A stretch of DNA of 64,000 nt. Origin: an uncultured Methanoregulaceae archaeon. Its GTDB lineage: Archaea > Halobacteriota > Methanomicrobia > Methanomicrobiales > Methanospirillaceae. Within the stretch, counting starts at the first letter, position 1, and each line of letters starts with the position of its first letter. The translations under genes and the position numbers were made by a program. Location of the stretch: positions 768,001 to 832,000 of the forward strand of contig OY970343.1 of assembly GCA_963717525.1 (NCBI GenBank). The letters run 5' to 3'. Below, one piece after another: positions 11,088 to 21,770 of the stretch. Below the pieces are notes generated by a model. It saw only the letters and a program-made list of their open reading frames with translations, was not told the DNA's origin and did not search any database.

Positions 11088-11927
11088 TCAGGTGATTTCA
11101 AACCCGTTTTTCAACGTTATATCCGTCCCGTTAGCGGTCAGGACCACGTCCCATTTTCCTTTGGTCGCAGTGCTAGGAAGAACAAAATCACAGTTGATAC
11201 TCTTTGGAGATGGAGTATTGATTATGGCCTGGATGGGTTGTTTTTCACCGGTCTTCTGCAGACTTACCTGTGCTCCTGAAGGGAAGTTACTCCCGAAAAG
11301 TGTTACTCCGGATATGGTACTGCCCGCACTGCCAGTAGCCGGGGAAATACCACTGATATCGGGCGTTGGTGCCGCTCCTCCGGTAGTAGCGCCCTGAGTC
11401 TTTTTGGCCGTTAAGGCAGCATCCTTTGATGCAGCGCCACCGAAATAAAACCCGATAATGGTGGCAAATATGCTGGTAAGGCTGGTGAGTACGGTATTTA
11501 TCTCCTGTGCATTGTCCGATATAAGCACAATCAGAAATGCCGTAATCCCTATCACGAGAAGGATCGCGAACGCAAGGGTCCGCCGGGTAGTACCTGACAT
11601 ACCCTGTGGCAGTTGGGCTCCATCAATTATCTTTCCAATCAGTTCTTTTTTCGCATCATTGGATAACTGGGAATTCTGGATTTTATCCATCTTTTCCATA
11701 AGAACATTGTTTGTCCTGATTGCCCACCTCTGGTCGATAAGGACGGGCAAAAAAACCAGGATAAAGGTCAGTAAAATCAGAAAGATCAAAAATGCGAAAA
11801 CAACCTGCCACAGGTTTTGATTTACTGCGTTGAGCAGGTTGATAAGCGATGCCCCGGTGGTCGCGTTTGCCGTAACGTTTCCCGTACCTATCGCCAAAAG
11901 TGTGTGCGAAATTCCAAAGTCCTGCAT
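11088..11927 (-). CDS. Membrane protein (3 TM) with C-terminal IPT/TIG-like Ig domain
   Basis: Hydrophobic helices ending IIGFYFG; PDISGISPATG...LFGSNF...GKWDVVL. Confidence 0.8.
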   Translation of the reverse strand: MQDFGISHTLLAIGTGNVTANATTGASLINLLNAVNQNLWQVVFAFLIFLILLTFILVFLPVLIDQRWAIRTNNVLMEKMDKIQNSQLSNDAKKELIGKIIDGAQLPQGMSGTTRRTLAFAILLVIGITAFLIVLISDNAQEINTVLTSLTSIFATIIGFYFGGAASKDAALTAKKTQGATTGGAAPTPDISGISPATGSAGSTISGVTLFGSNFPSGAQVSLQKTGEKQPIQAIINTPSPKSINCDFVLPSTATKGKWDVVLTANGTDITLKNGFEIT

Positions 11928-12127
11928 ATCATCCCCCCCCGTGGGAATGGTGATCCATTTACTTTCGATATAATTAAGATTGCTATTTAGATTTATTAAT
12001 AATAATTTTTACATCACAATATCCCCGTAAAAATGGGATCGGTCTACGGATATTGAGGATCGCAATTCATCCAGGATCCACTGAGAAAATGTACATGTTC
12101 AGATTCCGATAAAAAATTAAAAAAAAT

Positions 12128-12739
12128 TCAATAACCCGTCTGCGGGGTCATGGTCATTGCCGAGTGCATAAACGGCAGGAAAAAGACCGCAAACAGATAA
12201 ACTGCGATGACGATGGGGATGAGGGCAGCTATGATCATCGCGAGTGCGGCCTTCCCGGTGCTGAGCCCGGCAAGCTCGCGGATGCCGATGATACAGAGGA
12301 TGAACGACCAGATCGCAAAAAGGATGCTCGCCAGTGGGATCCACCCCAGCACAAGAGAGGGTGTCACCCCGTATATGAATGCCTTCATGGTCTGGAAAAT
12401 CCCGTTCCTCCCACCAAGGATCCAGACCCAGAGGTGGATCCAGAGCCCGGCAATGAGCGTGAAAACAGCTCCGACAATAAGGATTTCAAAGAAGGAAATG
12501 ACCGGCATCAGCGTCATAAAGGTCGTCCCGAAGACCGGCATTGTCCTGCCGAAAATGCCAAATATGTTCAGTGCGGTCAGCATGATTGCGGTAACAATTG
12601 CGGATATGATGGCGAGAAACAGCAGGAGCACACCAAAATACACGATAACGGTCTTTTCCGTATCGTCCTGCGATCCCTGGAATGTGCCAACGGGATTCAG
12701 GATAATCCCCTTTACCCGTTCAAAGAGAGCGTATACCAT
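12128..12739 (-). CDS. Yip1 family membrane protein
   Basis: IILNPVGTF start, 5 TMs, YGVTPSLVLGWIP, GIRELAGLSTGKA. Confidence 0.85.
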   Translation of the reverse strand: MVYALFERVKGIILNPVGTFQGSQDDTEKTVIVYFGVLLLFLAIISAIVTAIMLTALNIFGIFGRTMPVFGTTFMTLMPVISFFEILIVGAVFTLIAGLWIHLWVWILGGRNGIFQTMKAFIYGVTPSLVLGWIPLASILFAIWSFILCIIGIRELAGLSTGKAALAMIIAALIPIVIAVYLFAVFFLPFMHSAMTMTPQTGY

Positions 12740-12945
12740 ACATGATCGAACGCCGCATCAATATTTAAATAAATTTATTCTCTTTTCTGCCGGGAGAAAT
12801 TCTCCCTCGTGCAGGGGGTCATCCCCTGCTCTCCTCGCAATTATGGTGACCCGGGCCGGCAAAAAAGAACAGGACCCCGGGATCTGGTCCGGAAGCCCGG
12901 CACAGAAATGTCAGGCAGATCACCGAAAAAGTGGGGGTGTGTCTC

Positions 12946-13629
12946 TTACATCTGGAAGAGAGCAGAGGACAGGAGTATGATCGCGAGAAGATAGAGGATG
13001 TAGAGAAAGACCGGGGTTCCCACGCAGATCGTGGCATTTTTCAGGGTCATCTGCCGTGCGTGTTTCATACCGTTGATCCAGCAGTATGTGCTCCAGAGCA
13101 GGAAGAGGATCGAGATGACCATGGTGATCCGGGTGAACTGCACCACGGTCGGATCGGTCATGAATATTCTTGTTGCGTTCAATACGGCCTGGGGATCTTT
13201 GAGCGATTCCTGCGATAACTGCGGCAGCGTGATTCGTGGAATATATACGAGCGCCACGGCGAGCGTCACAAGGTAGCCGAAAACCAGCGGAAGGAACCCA
13301 TACCCGATTGTTTCAAGGCTGCGGGAGAAACTGCCTTTACCTTCAAAAAGCAGGGAGATGAGGTAAAAGACACCCGTTGCAATAACCCAGTAGACGAAGA
13401 CACCGATAAAGGCACCGATAACAGAGATGGCAAACACAAGGCCTGTCCCGAAACCGGCCCCCTCCAGCATCTTTGAGGTCAGGGTGGATGTCAGGTAGCC
13501 GGACGCTGCGGCAAGAATTGCTCCGGCAAGAACGATGAGGGCTGGCCTGGCAAGATTTTCCTTATCCGCCATCCTTTTCTGGAAAAATGCATCAGGGTTT
13601 ATGAGGAGATCAATGAGTTGAGAAGCCAT
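12946..13629 (-). CDS. Yip1 family membrane protein
   Basis: LLINPDAFF, GKGSF...IGYGFLP, GMKHAR. Confidence 0.85.
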   Translation of the reverse strand: MASQLIDLLINPDAFFQKRMADKENLARPALIVLAGAILAAASGYLTSTLTSKMLEGAGFGTGLVFAISVIGAFIGVFVYWVIATGVFYLISLLFEGKGSFSRSLETIGYGFLPLVFGYLVTLAVALVYIPRITLPQLSQESLKDPQAVLNATRIFMTDPTVVQFTRITMVISILFLLWSTYCWINGMKHARQMTLKNATICVGTPVFLYILYLLAIILLSSALFQM

Positions 13630-13798
13630 AGATAACCTGAATTCTTTGTGTTTAATAAAATTTAGGTGATCTCCCGGGACAAATCTCCCGTTTAACGCCG
13701 GATTTTCTCTTTAACCCATTTTAAGGAAATCGCCGCGTTGGATTTCCCGGAAAGATTTTTTGCGCCCGGCCATATTCACGGGGCCTTTAGAGTTGGCT

Positions 13799-14293
13799 TC
13801 AGGGCTGTTTCTTCTTTAATTCGGCAGCAAAGATATGGAGGAACCAGCCGTTGAGGCTGTAGGTCAGGTTAATTGAGTTGCAGAAATTGGCAAGCAGCCG
13901 CTCCCGGACGTTGGGGGATCGGACCTGGTCTATCCGTTCGAGTTCATTATGCAGCCGGATCAAGGTGCCTTTTGGCAGCGTGCGGATCCGTTTCTCGAAA
14001 TACCGGATCTGCAGTTCTGTCATGAACCGGTCATGGCCGGACATTTTTGTTACGTAATCTGCAAAATACGGCCCGGTCTTCCGGATCAGGTCCCCGCGAA
14101 AATCGTTGAGCATAGCGCTGCTGGCAAAGAGGTTCCTGATCTTTGCGCGGATCTTATGTGCAAAAGTATACTCCCGCAGCTGGGCCTCGACAAAACCGGC
14201 ATATTCATCCTGTTCTTCCCGGGATAGCATACCCGGTACTGTGCGTGATGTATCGAAAAAATCTTCGGCAGATGCCAGTATATCTCCTGCCAA
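13799..14293 (-). CDS. Hypothetical protein
   Basis: 164-aa ORF with protein-like composition filling the gap; TTG start uncertain. Confidence 0.6.
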   Translation of the reverse strand: MAGDILASAEDFFDTSRTVPGMLSREEQDEYAGFVEAQLREYTFAHKIRAKIRNLFASSAMLNDFRGDLIRKTGPYFADYVTKMSGHDRFMTELQIRYFEKRIRTLPKGTLIRLHNELERIDQVRSPNVRERLLANFCNSINLTYSLNGWFLHIFAAELKKKQP

Positions 14294-14359
14294 AAGTACC
14301 TGGTGACTGGCGATACCAAGAATCCCGTTTTCCCGGGGATGCAGCCGCGAAAAAGGGGG

Positions 14360-15766
14360 TCAGAACCCCGGCTGCTCGCATGCCTCCCACTTTGCAAAGC
14401 CGAGCCGGGCAAAAAATGCGGCAGGGGCAAAGAGGATGACAGCGCCAAGTGCGGCAAACGGGGCGGCGAACGCAACCGCGGAGAGGATGAGGAGTACGAT
14501 ACCGATCAGGACGAGGTACGTTACCATCACCTTCACGTTATAGACAAGGACGCTGGGAGAGAGGCCGGTTAGCCATACCGTGATCCCGAGGCTGTAAAAC
14601 GAGACCGAGAGGCAGAGCACGACAGCGGGGAGAAGGTAGAGCGCCTGCCCGGAGAGCAGGGCGGCGAGCGCCACAAAGACCACGGGAATCAGCTGGAGAA
14701 CCGAAAAACTCGCGATCTTGCTCTTGATGAGGGTACGGACGCTGATGGGGAGGCAGGCATAGGCCCCGAACGTGTCAAACATCGTCAGCCACGTGTACAT
14801 CGTCGACGCAATTATTCCCGTCACGATGGCAAATTCAAGGAGAACCCCGTAGGACGGAAGGTACCCGGTGAGGAGCGAGAGGAAGAACCAGATCACGACA
14901 AGCGGGATGGCAAAGGAAAAGAGCGTCTGGCCCACCATGCCCCCGCTCCGGTACATGTCGATAAGATCCTTTGCGGCGAGTGGAGGCGTGGGAAAGAAGG
15001 AGAGTTTTTTCGTGAGTGGTGTGAGCACATCAGGATAGTGTTTTGTTGAATCGGCTGTTTCGGGAGTAAAAAGCCAGATCGAGACCACAAAGAGGATCAC
15101 GATGGCCGCACAGGAGAGGACAAAGTTCAGCCACGAAAACGCGTTAAAAAGCATCAGCGGCGGAAAGAACCGGGCGGGATCCTGCCCGGTCAGGAGGGCG
15201 ATGGCCCCCGCGGCTCCTGCAAGGATAACAAGGATCGCGGCGAGCACCGGCTTCGAGCGCGAGTAGACCGAGGAGAGGAAGAAGACAGCGCAGAGGCCGG
15301 AAAGGAAGGAGAGCGTAAGGGTGAGGGAGAGGAGCAGCGGCAGGGTGACCGGGACACCGATAAAGGGGGATGCGAGCAGGAAACCGAGCGCAAGCGGGAG
15401 CACCCAGAGGACAAAGTAGTAGAGCGTGTCCTTGACGACAAAGTTTGCAAAGATGAAGCGTTCGGAGAGCGGCAGGCTCCGGGCCGAATAGGCCAGGAGG
15501 CTTGCCTGCCCGAACCGCCGGTTCATAACCTCGGCTCCAAGCAAGCCGAACGCACCGACCATGAAGCCAAGCATCAGGTAGTTTGCGTGGAGGACAAGCG
15601 AAAGCTCCCCGGCCGGGAGGGAGTGGCGCATCAGCGGGAGGAGGAACGATCCCATGAACGCGATCCAGAAGATGAGGATGGGAAAGAGCGCAAACGAGAT
15701 GCTCCCGAACATCGTCGAGTGGACCCGCCACTCCTCTTTGACCATCGCAACAAAGAGCTCAAGCAT
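14360..15766 (-). CDS. ABC transporter permease (multi-TM)
   Basis: ~12 hydrophobic segments; overlaps stop of the ABC ATPase. Confidence 0.85.
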   Translation of the reverse strand: MLELFVAMVKEEWRVHSTMFGSISFALFPILIFWIAFMGSFLLPLMRHSLPAGELSLVLHANYLMLGFMVGAFGLLGAEVMNRRFGQASLLAYSARSLPLSERFIFANFVVKDTLYYFVLWVLPLALGFLLASPFIGVPVTLPLLLSLTLTLSFLSGLCAVFFLSSVYSRSKPVLAAILVILAGAAGAIALLTGQDPARFFPPLMLFNAFSWLNFVLSCAAIVILFVVSIWLFTPETADSTKHYPDVLTPLTKKLSFFPTPPLAAKDLIDMYRSGGMVGQTLFSFAIPLVVIWFFLSLLTGYLPSYGVLLEFAIVTGIIASTMYTWLTMFDTFGAYACLPISVRTLIKSKIASFSVLQLIPVVFVALAALLSGQALYLLPAVVLCLSVSFYSLGITVWLTGLSPSVLVYNVKVMVTYLVLIGIVLLILSAVAFAAPFAALGAVILFAPAAFFARLGFAKWEACEQPGF

Positions 15767-16487
15767 TCCGGCTCCTCTGCACGAGATCGAGGAAGAAGTC
15801 GTCGAGGTGCCGGTGCCCTGCCACAAGGTCGGCGACCGTGCCGGCGTGGAGGATGTTGCCCTTGTGCAGGATCGCAAAGCCCGAGCAGATCTCCTCGGCC
15901 ACTTCGAGGATATGGGTGGAAAGGAAGATCGTGTTGCCGGCTTTTACGTACTCCGTGAGGTAGTCCTTGACGACACGCTGCATGATCGGGTCGAAGTTGA
16001 TGAGCGGTTCGTCGATCAGTGCGAGCTCCGGATTGTGGATGAACGCCTGTGCAAACATCAGCTTCTGCCGGGTCCCTCTCGAGAGATCCTTGCAGAGCAC
16101 GTCTTTTTTGTCCTTAAAATCAAGGAAATCGAACCACCACGCGGCCCGTTCATCGATGTCGGGGATCTTCCGGATTGCGCCCACGAACTGCAGGTACTCG
16201 GTTGCCGTAAGAAAACTCGGGGGTGTCTCCTGCTCGGGTATGATACCGACCCGTTCCCGGACGCCGATGGGATCCTGCCGGACATCAAGGCCGAGCACGG
16301 TTGCGGTACCGGCGGTTGGCCGGATCTGGCCGGTGAGCATCTTGATCATCGTCGATTTTCCGGATCCGTTCGGGCCCAGGAGGCCAAAAAGAGCGCCTTT
16401 CCCGACAGAGAGGCTGACACCATTGACTGCGACGAGGTCACCGTACATTTTGGTGAGGCCGGTGGCTGCAATTACGGGGGTGGTCAT
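15759..16487 (-). CDS. ABC transporter ATP-binding protein
   Basis: GPNGSGKST, LSRG, LIDEP, LSTH. Confidence 0.95.
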   Translation of the reverse strand: MTTPVIAATGLTKMYGDLVAVNGVSLSVGKGALFGLLGPNGSGKSTMIKMLTGQIRPTAGTATVLGLDVRQDPIGVRERVGIIPEQETPPSFLTATEYLQFVGAIRKIPDIDERAAWWFDFLDFKDKKDVLCKDLSRGTRQKLMFAQAFIHNPELALIDEPLINFDPIMQRVVKDYLTEYVKAGNTIFLSTHILEVAEEICSGFAILHKGNILHAGTVADLVAGHRHLDDFFLDLVQRSRNA

Positions 16488-16675
16488 GGCCGGCCTCCCG
16501 TGGAACGGGCGAGGGAATCTGCAGTCAGTACAGGGGCCCGGGGCTTATTCCCCGGGTGGTTAAAGGAGAAATGTACAGTGCCGTTCATGGGTCGTTCACC
16601 AATGGGGTGGTGGTTGTCGGGTGACAGGATTGTCCCCGGTGTGTGGCCGGAGGGCCGGATCGTTACATCAGTCAT
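16484..16675 (-). CDS. Small hypothetical protein, translationally coupled
   Basis: ATGA overlaps with both neighbours (16672-16675, 16484-16487). Confidence 0.4.
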   Translation of the reverse strand: MTDVTIRPSGHTPGTILSPDNHHPIGERPMNGTVHFSFNHPGNKPRAPVLTADSLARSTGGRP

Positions 16676-17323
16676 GGTCGCCCGCGCCTCTTTTTCTTTG
16701 CCGTCCTGCCGGCCGCGGTGCAGGGTTCACCGGCATCCGGATGGGCTGCAAGGCCATTCCAGAGGAACGCGAGCCCCTGCCGGGTGAGGAGCGCCCGCTG
16801 TTCCGGGTCCGGGGTTGCCATGATCCGGGGGGCAAGAACGGAAAGGGAGGAGGCGAGGATCGAGCAGAGGAGGCCCGGGTCGTAATCATGGATGACGCCC
16901 TCCTGGATCCCATCCCGGATCAGCTCCTGCAAAAAGAGGAAGTGCGACATGCCATCCTCGTGCGCAGGGGGAGAAATAAAGGGAGAATGGGCGAACTGCT
17001 CCATGAACCGGAACTTGTCCGGGTTCTCCGTTGCCCACGTGATCGCGTTCTCCCAGACCCGGCAGAGTCTTTTGTTGTATTGCCGGTTCATGGGCGACCC
17101 CGGTTTTCAGGGCTGCACCTGCCTCGGACTTGATCTGCCGGTACAGGGTATCAATCAGCACCTCCTTTGTGGGAAAATAGAAAAAGAGCGTCCCCGTTGC
17201 GACCCCCGTTTCACGGGAGATCAGGGAAGTTGGAGTACCATGAAACCCGCGCTCGCAGAAGAGCACGAGTGCGGTTGCGAGGATCGCATCCCTTTTGTCG
17301 TGGGCAGGTTCCATGGCTTTCAC
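16672..17323 (-). CDS. TetR/AcrR family transcriptional regulator (frameshift near 17095)
   Basis: N-terminal HTH GFHGT...[15 protein letters not shown] in ORF 16886..17323; C-terminal domain in 16672..17091. Confidence 0.9.
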
Positions 17324-17490
17324 CGCAGGAGCGCCTCCACCTGTTCCAGGGAGAATGACCCGCCATGGCCGGCATAGATTGTTGCCGGGTGTTTATCGAG
17401 AAGGGCCCGGGTGCCCCTGATCAGGAACGCATTTACGTGACCAAGCGGGATAGGGATGACCACGAAACCGGGAGCGGCCTGATCCGTCAT
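17320..17490 (-). pseudogene. Internally deleted MBL-fold metallo-hydrolase remnant (56 aa)
   Basis: N-terminal IPLGHVNAFLIRG joined directly to C-terminal IYAGHG; HxHxDH core absent; overlaps both neighbours. Confidence 0.6.
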
Positions 17491-18722
17491 GATGCTTCCC
17501 CTTTTGAGAAGAATGAGCGCACGCGGGATGCGGTGTTCATGCACCAGAGGCCGCCTTTGAGGACCGGCACAATAATGCCCATCATCCCTTCCATCTCGGC
17601 CTTCACGTCTTTCATGAGCCGGGGGATCGGCAGGTGCTGGGGGCAGGCCTTCTCGCACTTCCCGCACTGGCGGCAGAGACCGGCGTACCAGACGTCGCCG
17701 ATGAGCCCCCCGTGGTGGCCGATATACTGGAAGCGCGGGGCACGGTCGTTCGGGAAGAGGTGGTGCGCGTTGTAGAGCGCAAAGCAGCCCGGGATATCGA
17801 CCCCGGCCGGGCAGGGCATGCAGTACCCGCACCCGGTGCACCCGACCTTCATGAGCTGCCGGTAGGTCTCCTTCACCCGGTCGATTCGTGCAAGGTCTTC
17901 CGGGGGAAGCGATTGGGGGAGCGCTGAACCTGCGGTGCGGATGTTCTCGTCTATGTGGGCCTCGTTATTCATGCCCGAGAGGACGACGGTTACTTCAGGA
18001 TGGTTCCAGACCCAGCGTAGGCCCCACTCTGCAGGCGACCGTTTCACCGGGGCCTCGTCCCAGATCTTTTGTATCTCCTCCGGCACCGGGCCGGCAAGGT
18101 TCCCGCCCCGCAGGGGCTCCATCACCATTACGGCGAGGTTCTTTCCTGCCGCATATCTGAGCCCGGCCGTCCCCGCCTGGTTGTGTTCGTCGAGAAAGTT
18201 GTACTGGATCTGGCAGAACTGCCAGTCGTACGCGTCCACGATCTGCCTGAACGCGTCGAAAGTACCATGGAACGAGAACCCGGCGTTCCTGATCTTTCCC
18301 TCTGCCTTTGCTTTGTCGAGGAATTCGAGCACGCCGAGTTTTTCCAGTTTCTCCCAGCTCTCCTTCCCGAGACTGTGGAGCAGGTAGTAATCGATATGAT
18401 CGGTTTTCAGTGTCGCCAGTTGACCGGCGAGGATCCGGTCCATGTCGGCACGTTCGCGCACCGACCAGTGGGGCAGTTTTGTGGCTATCTTCACCTTTTC
18501 CCGGTAACCGTCCTGCAGCGCTTTGCCGAGGATCTGTTCGCTCTTCCCGAAATGGTAGGCCGGGGCGGTATCGAAGTAATTGACGCCCGAATCAATTGCG
18601 TGGCGGATCTGCCGGATCGTCCGCTCTTCATCGATGCCCCGGTTTTTTGACGGTAAGCGCATGCAGCCGAAGCCGAGGATGGAGAGCCGGTCGCCGGTTT
18701 TTGGGACAGTACGGTAGAGCAT
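17487..18722 (-). CDS. Aldo/keto reductase with C-terminal 4Fe-4S dicluster
   Basis: LGFGCMRLP, FDTAPAY, IATKLP, YLLH; CTGCGYCMPCP and CRQCGKCEKACP. Confidence 0.93.
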   Translation of the reverse strand: MLYRTVPKTGDRLSILGFGCMRLPSKNRGIDEERTIRQIRHAIDSGVNYFDTAPAYHFGKSEQILGKALQDGYREKVKIATKLPHWSVRERADMDRILAGQLATLKTDHIDYYLLHSLGKESWEKLEKLGVLEFLDKAKAEGKIRNAGFSFHGTFDAFRQIVDAYDWQFCQIQYNFLDEHNQAGTAGLRYAAGKNLAVMVMEPLRGGNLAGPVPEEIQKIWDEAPVKRSPAEWGLRWVWNHPEVTVVLSGMNNEAHIDENIRTAGSALPQSLPPEDLARIDRVKETYRQLMKVGCTGCGYCMPCPAGVDIPGCFALYNAHHLFPNDRAPRFQYIGHHGGLIGDVWYAGLCRQCGKCEKACPQHLPIPRLMKDVKAEMEGMMGIIVPVLKGGLWCMNTASRVRSFFSKGEAS

Positions 18723-18736
18723 GAGAACACCTGAAT

Positions 18737-18750
18737 TGACTGGTCAGTCA
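18737..18750. promoter_or_regulatory. Probable TetR operator
   Basis: Palindrome TGACTG-GT-CAGTCA ~15 bp upstream of the first gene of an operon containing a TetR gene. Confidence 0.7.
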
Positions 18751-18925
18751 GTATGTAAGATGTTCCTGTTCTTTAATTTGCGCCCTGCCAGACTCCGCCG
18801 ACTCGCCGGGGGGATCATGACGGGTATTCAACAGACAGGAAACAGAAGAACTCCCTGTTCCTCAGTGCAGGATTGGCATATCCGGAAACGGTGGAAAAAA
18901 GGAAAAACGGTCTGTTTGCACAGCC

Positions 18926-21532
18926 TTAACCAACCGCGGGTTTCTTCCGGTCAATAGAGGAGGAGTATCTCCGGTAGAACCAGATTTTTGCGAGCTCAAC
19001 GAGGAGCACATACCCGACCACGAGGCACACGAGCACTGCAAAGAACGCGAGCGGGGGCTGCACAAAACCAAAGAAACTTCCAAGGAGGGTAAAGGGGAGA
19101 AGGCACCCGACCGCGGTTATTGCTCCTGCACAGAGTATCAGCAAACGGCTGGGCCTGCTCTTATAGAACGGCACCAGCCGGGTCCGGATGACAAAGACGA
19201 TCAGCGTCTGGGTGCAGATCGATTCCACAAACCACGAGGTCTGGAAGAGGGCAGAATTGGCTTCGAAGATGTAGAGCAGGATAAAGAATGTGATGAAGTC
19301 GAAGATCGAGCTGAGCGGGCCGAACAATATCGTGAAATCCTTGATGAACCTGATGTCCCAGGTCTTGGGGCTGTCGGTATACGAGGGATCCACGTTGTCG
19401 GTCGGGATCGCCACCTGCGATACACTGTAGAGGAGGTTGTTGAGCAGGATCTGGATCGGGAGCATGGGCAGGAACGGGAGGAAGAGCGATGCCCCGGCCA
19501 CGCTGAACATGTTCCCGAAGTTGGAGCTCGTGTTCATCAGGATGTACTTCATGGTATTGCCCACGGTCTTCCTTCCCTCGATTACCCCGTCGTGGAGGAT
19601 CCGGAGATCGTTTTTTAAGAGGATGATATCTGCCGACTCCTTTGCAATATCCACTGCGTTTGCAACCGAGATGCCAACATCGGCCTCCCGGATGGATGGC
19701 GCATCGTTGATACCGTCGCCCATGAACCCGACCACATGGCCGTTCTTCTTGAGGGCGTTCATCACCCGGTTCTTCTGGACCGGTGTCATCCGCGAGAAGA
19801 TGGTCACGCCATCGACTACCCTGGCGAGTCCCTCGGTATCAAGGTTTTCGATCTCGGCGCCGGTAAGAACCCCTTTTACGGGAACCCCGATCAGTTCGCA
19901 GGTCTTCCGGGTGACGAGTTCATTATCCCCGGTGAGGATCTTGAGATCAATCCCGGACCGGGCAAGGAGCTGCACCGATTCGCGGGCGCTCTCCTTGGGC
20001 GGGTCGATGAAGGTGATGAGGCCCACAAGGACCATCTCTTTCTCATCGTCTACGGTAAATTTAGGCTGGGCACCAGTCAGGTTCCGGTAACAGACCGCGA
20101 GCGTCCGGAAGCCCTGTGCGCTCTGCTCCTCGTAGATCTTCTGGATCCGGGCCCGGGCCTCTTCAGTCAGGGGCTGGACCGTACCTCCCTTTTCTTCTGC
20201 AGTACAGATCCGCAGGACCTCCTCAGGAGCCCCCTTGGAGATAATAACCGATCCATCTTTCCGGGCCGCAACGACTGATACCCTTTTACGGACAAAATCG
20301 AATGGGATTTCGTCGATCTTGGTGCAGTCACTTATATCGAGATGCCGGAACCGCAGCACTGCGTCATCGAGCGGGCTCCTGAGGCCGGTGCCAAAAACGC
20401 TGTTGATGTAGGAATACGTGAGCACCGTCTCGCTGTCGTTTCCCTCGGTGTCGAGATGGCGGACGAGCGCGATCTGGTTCTCTGTGAGCGTCCCGGTCTT
20501 GTCGGTGCACAGGATGTCCATGCTCCCGAAGTTCTGGATAGAGGCCGGGTGCTTGACAATCGCCCCCTTCTCTGACATGGCGATTGCGCCCTTGGAGAGG
20601 TTGAGCGAGAGGATCATCGGCAGGAGCTCGGGTACCATCCCGACCGCAAGGGCGACAGAGAACAGGAGCGAATTTAAGATGTCATGCTTGAAGAACGCGT
20701 TGACAAAGAAGACAAAGACCACGAGGAAGAAGACGAACTGGGTCATTAAATAACTGAAGTGCCTGAGGCCGCGTTCGAACTCCGTCTCCGGGGGCCGGGC
20801 CACAAGCGTCTTTGCAACGCTGCCAAACTCCGTTGCAAGGCCGGTCTTTGTGACCACAGCAGTCGCCGTACCGCTCACCACCGAGGTCCCAAGGAAGATA
20901 TAATTCTCTGCCTCGGTCAGGGATTGGGCCGGGTCCCCGACTGCGGGGTTCTTCTCTACCGGATAAGGTTCGCCGGTCAGGGCTGACTGGTTTACGTAAA
21001 GATCCCGGCCTCCGATCAACCGGGCGTCAGCGGGCACGATATCTCCTGCGGAGAGGGAGATGATATCACCGGGGACCAGATCGAAAATGGGCAGTTCCTG
21101 CACGGTCCCGTCCCGGAGGACCGTGGCATTGGTGACGATCTTCTTTCTGAGCAGTTCGGCTGCCTGCCCGGCCTTATACTCCTGGAAGAAGTCGATGGTG
21201 ACACTGATGAAGACGATTATGATGATGATCGCGGCACTGATGATCCCACCGGTGAATGCGGAGATTACTGCGGCAAAGAGCAGGATGATAACCAGGAAAT
21301 TCTTGAAATGCTCTAAAAACTGGAGGATGATCGGGCGTTTCCTGACCTGGGAGATGTCGTTTGGCCCGTATTGCAGTTTCCGGTCTGCTGCCTCCTGCGA
21401 GCTGAGCCCTTTTACGGAAGTACCAAGCAGGGTATAGAGTCTGTTCGACCGGAAGGGAATGAAACTGCTTGTCCGACCCGTCATCCTGTTTTTGATCCTG
21501 TTTTGTTTTTGTGCCAAGCATCCAGTCTTCAC
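18926..21532 (-). CDS. mgtA: Magnesium-translocating P-type ATPase
   Basis: TGE, PELLP, DKTGTLT, KGAPE, GDGIND, SSNFGNMFS, PMLPIQILLNNL, FVIRT. Confidence 0.92.
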   Translation of the reverse strand: MKTGCLAQKQNRIKNRMTGRTSSFIPFRSNRLYTLLGTSVKGLSSQEAADRKLQYGPNDISQVRKRPIILQFLEHFKNFLVIILLFAAVISAFTGGIISAAIIIIIVFISVTIDFFQEYKAGQAAELLRKKIVTNATVLRDGTVQELPIFDLVPGDIISLSAGDIVPADARLIGGRDLYVNQSALTGEPYPVEKNPAVGDPAQSLTEAENYIFLGTSVVSGTATAVVTKTGLATEFGSVAKTLVARPPETEFERGLRHFSYLMTQFVFFLVVFVFFVNAFFKHDILNSLLFSVALAVGMVPELLPMILSLNLSKGAIAMSEKGAIVKHPASIQNFGSMDILCTDKTGTLTENQIALVRHLDTEGNDSETVLTYSYINSVFGTGLRSPLDDAVLRFRHLDISDCTKIDEIPFDFVRKRVSVVAARKDGSVIISKGAPEEVLRICTAEEKGGTVQPLTEEARARIQKIYEEQSAQGFRTLAVCYRNLTGAQPKFTVDDEKEMVLVGLITFIDPPKESARESVQLLARSGIDLKILTGDNELVTRKTCELIGVPVKGVLTGAEIENLDTEGLARVVDGVTIFSRMTPVQKNRVMNALKKNGHVVGFMGDGINDAPSIREADVGISVANAVDIAKESADIILLKNDLRILHDGVIEGRKTVGNTMKYILMNTSSNFGNMFSVAGASLFLPFLPMLPIQILLNNLLYSVSQVAIPTDNVDPSYTDSPKTWDIRFIKDFTILFGPLSSIFDFITFFILLYIFEANSALFQTSWFVESICTQTLIVFVIRTRLVPFYKSRPSRLLILCAGAITAVGCLLPFTLLGSFFGFVQPPLAFFAVLVCLVVGYVLLVELAKIWFYRRYSSSIDRKKPAVG

Positions 21533-21770
21533 ATCCCGCCCGGGATTTTTTATACTATACGCCGGATTTTTTAAATGGTTCCGGCGAAAAACCGGGATGT
21601 ATCGTTACAACAGGTTCTTTTAACGGAGTATTAATGATTGCCTTTGTCGTTCCGCAAAAAATTGGACCGGGGCGATCCCGCACCCGGAAAAAATGGTTTG
21701 ATTCTGATTCTGCCTGGCAGGTATATACAGAGTCACGACGACACAGCAGGATCTTTGCTCCGGGAACCGA

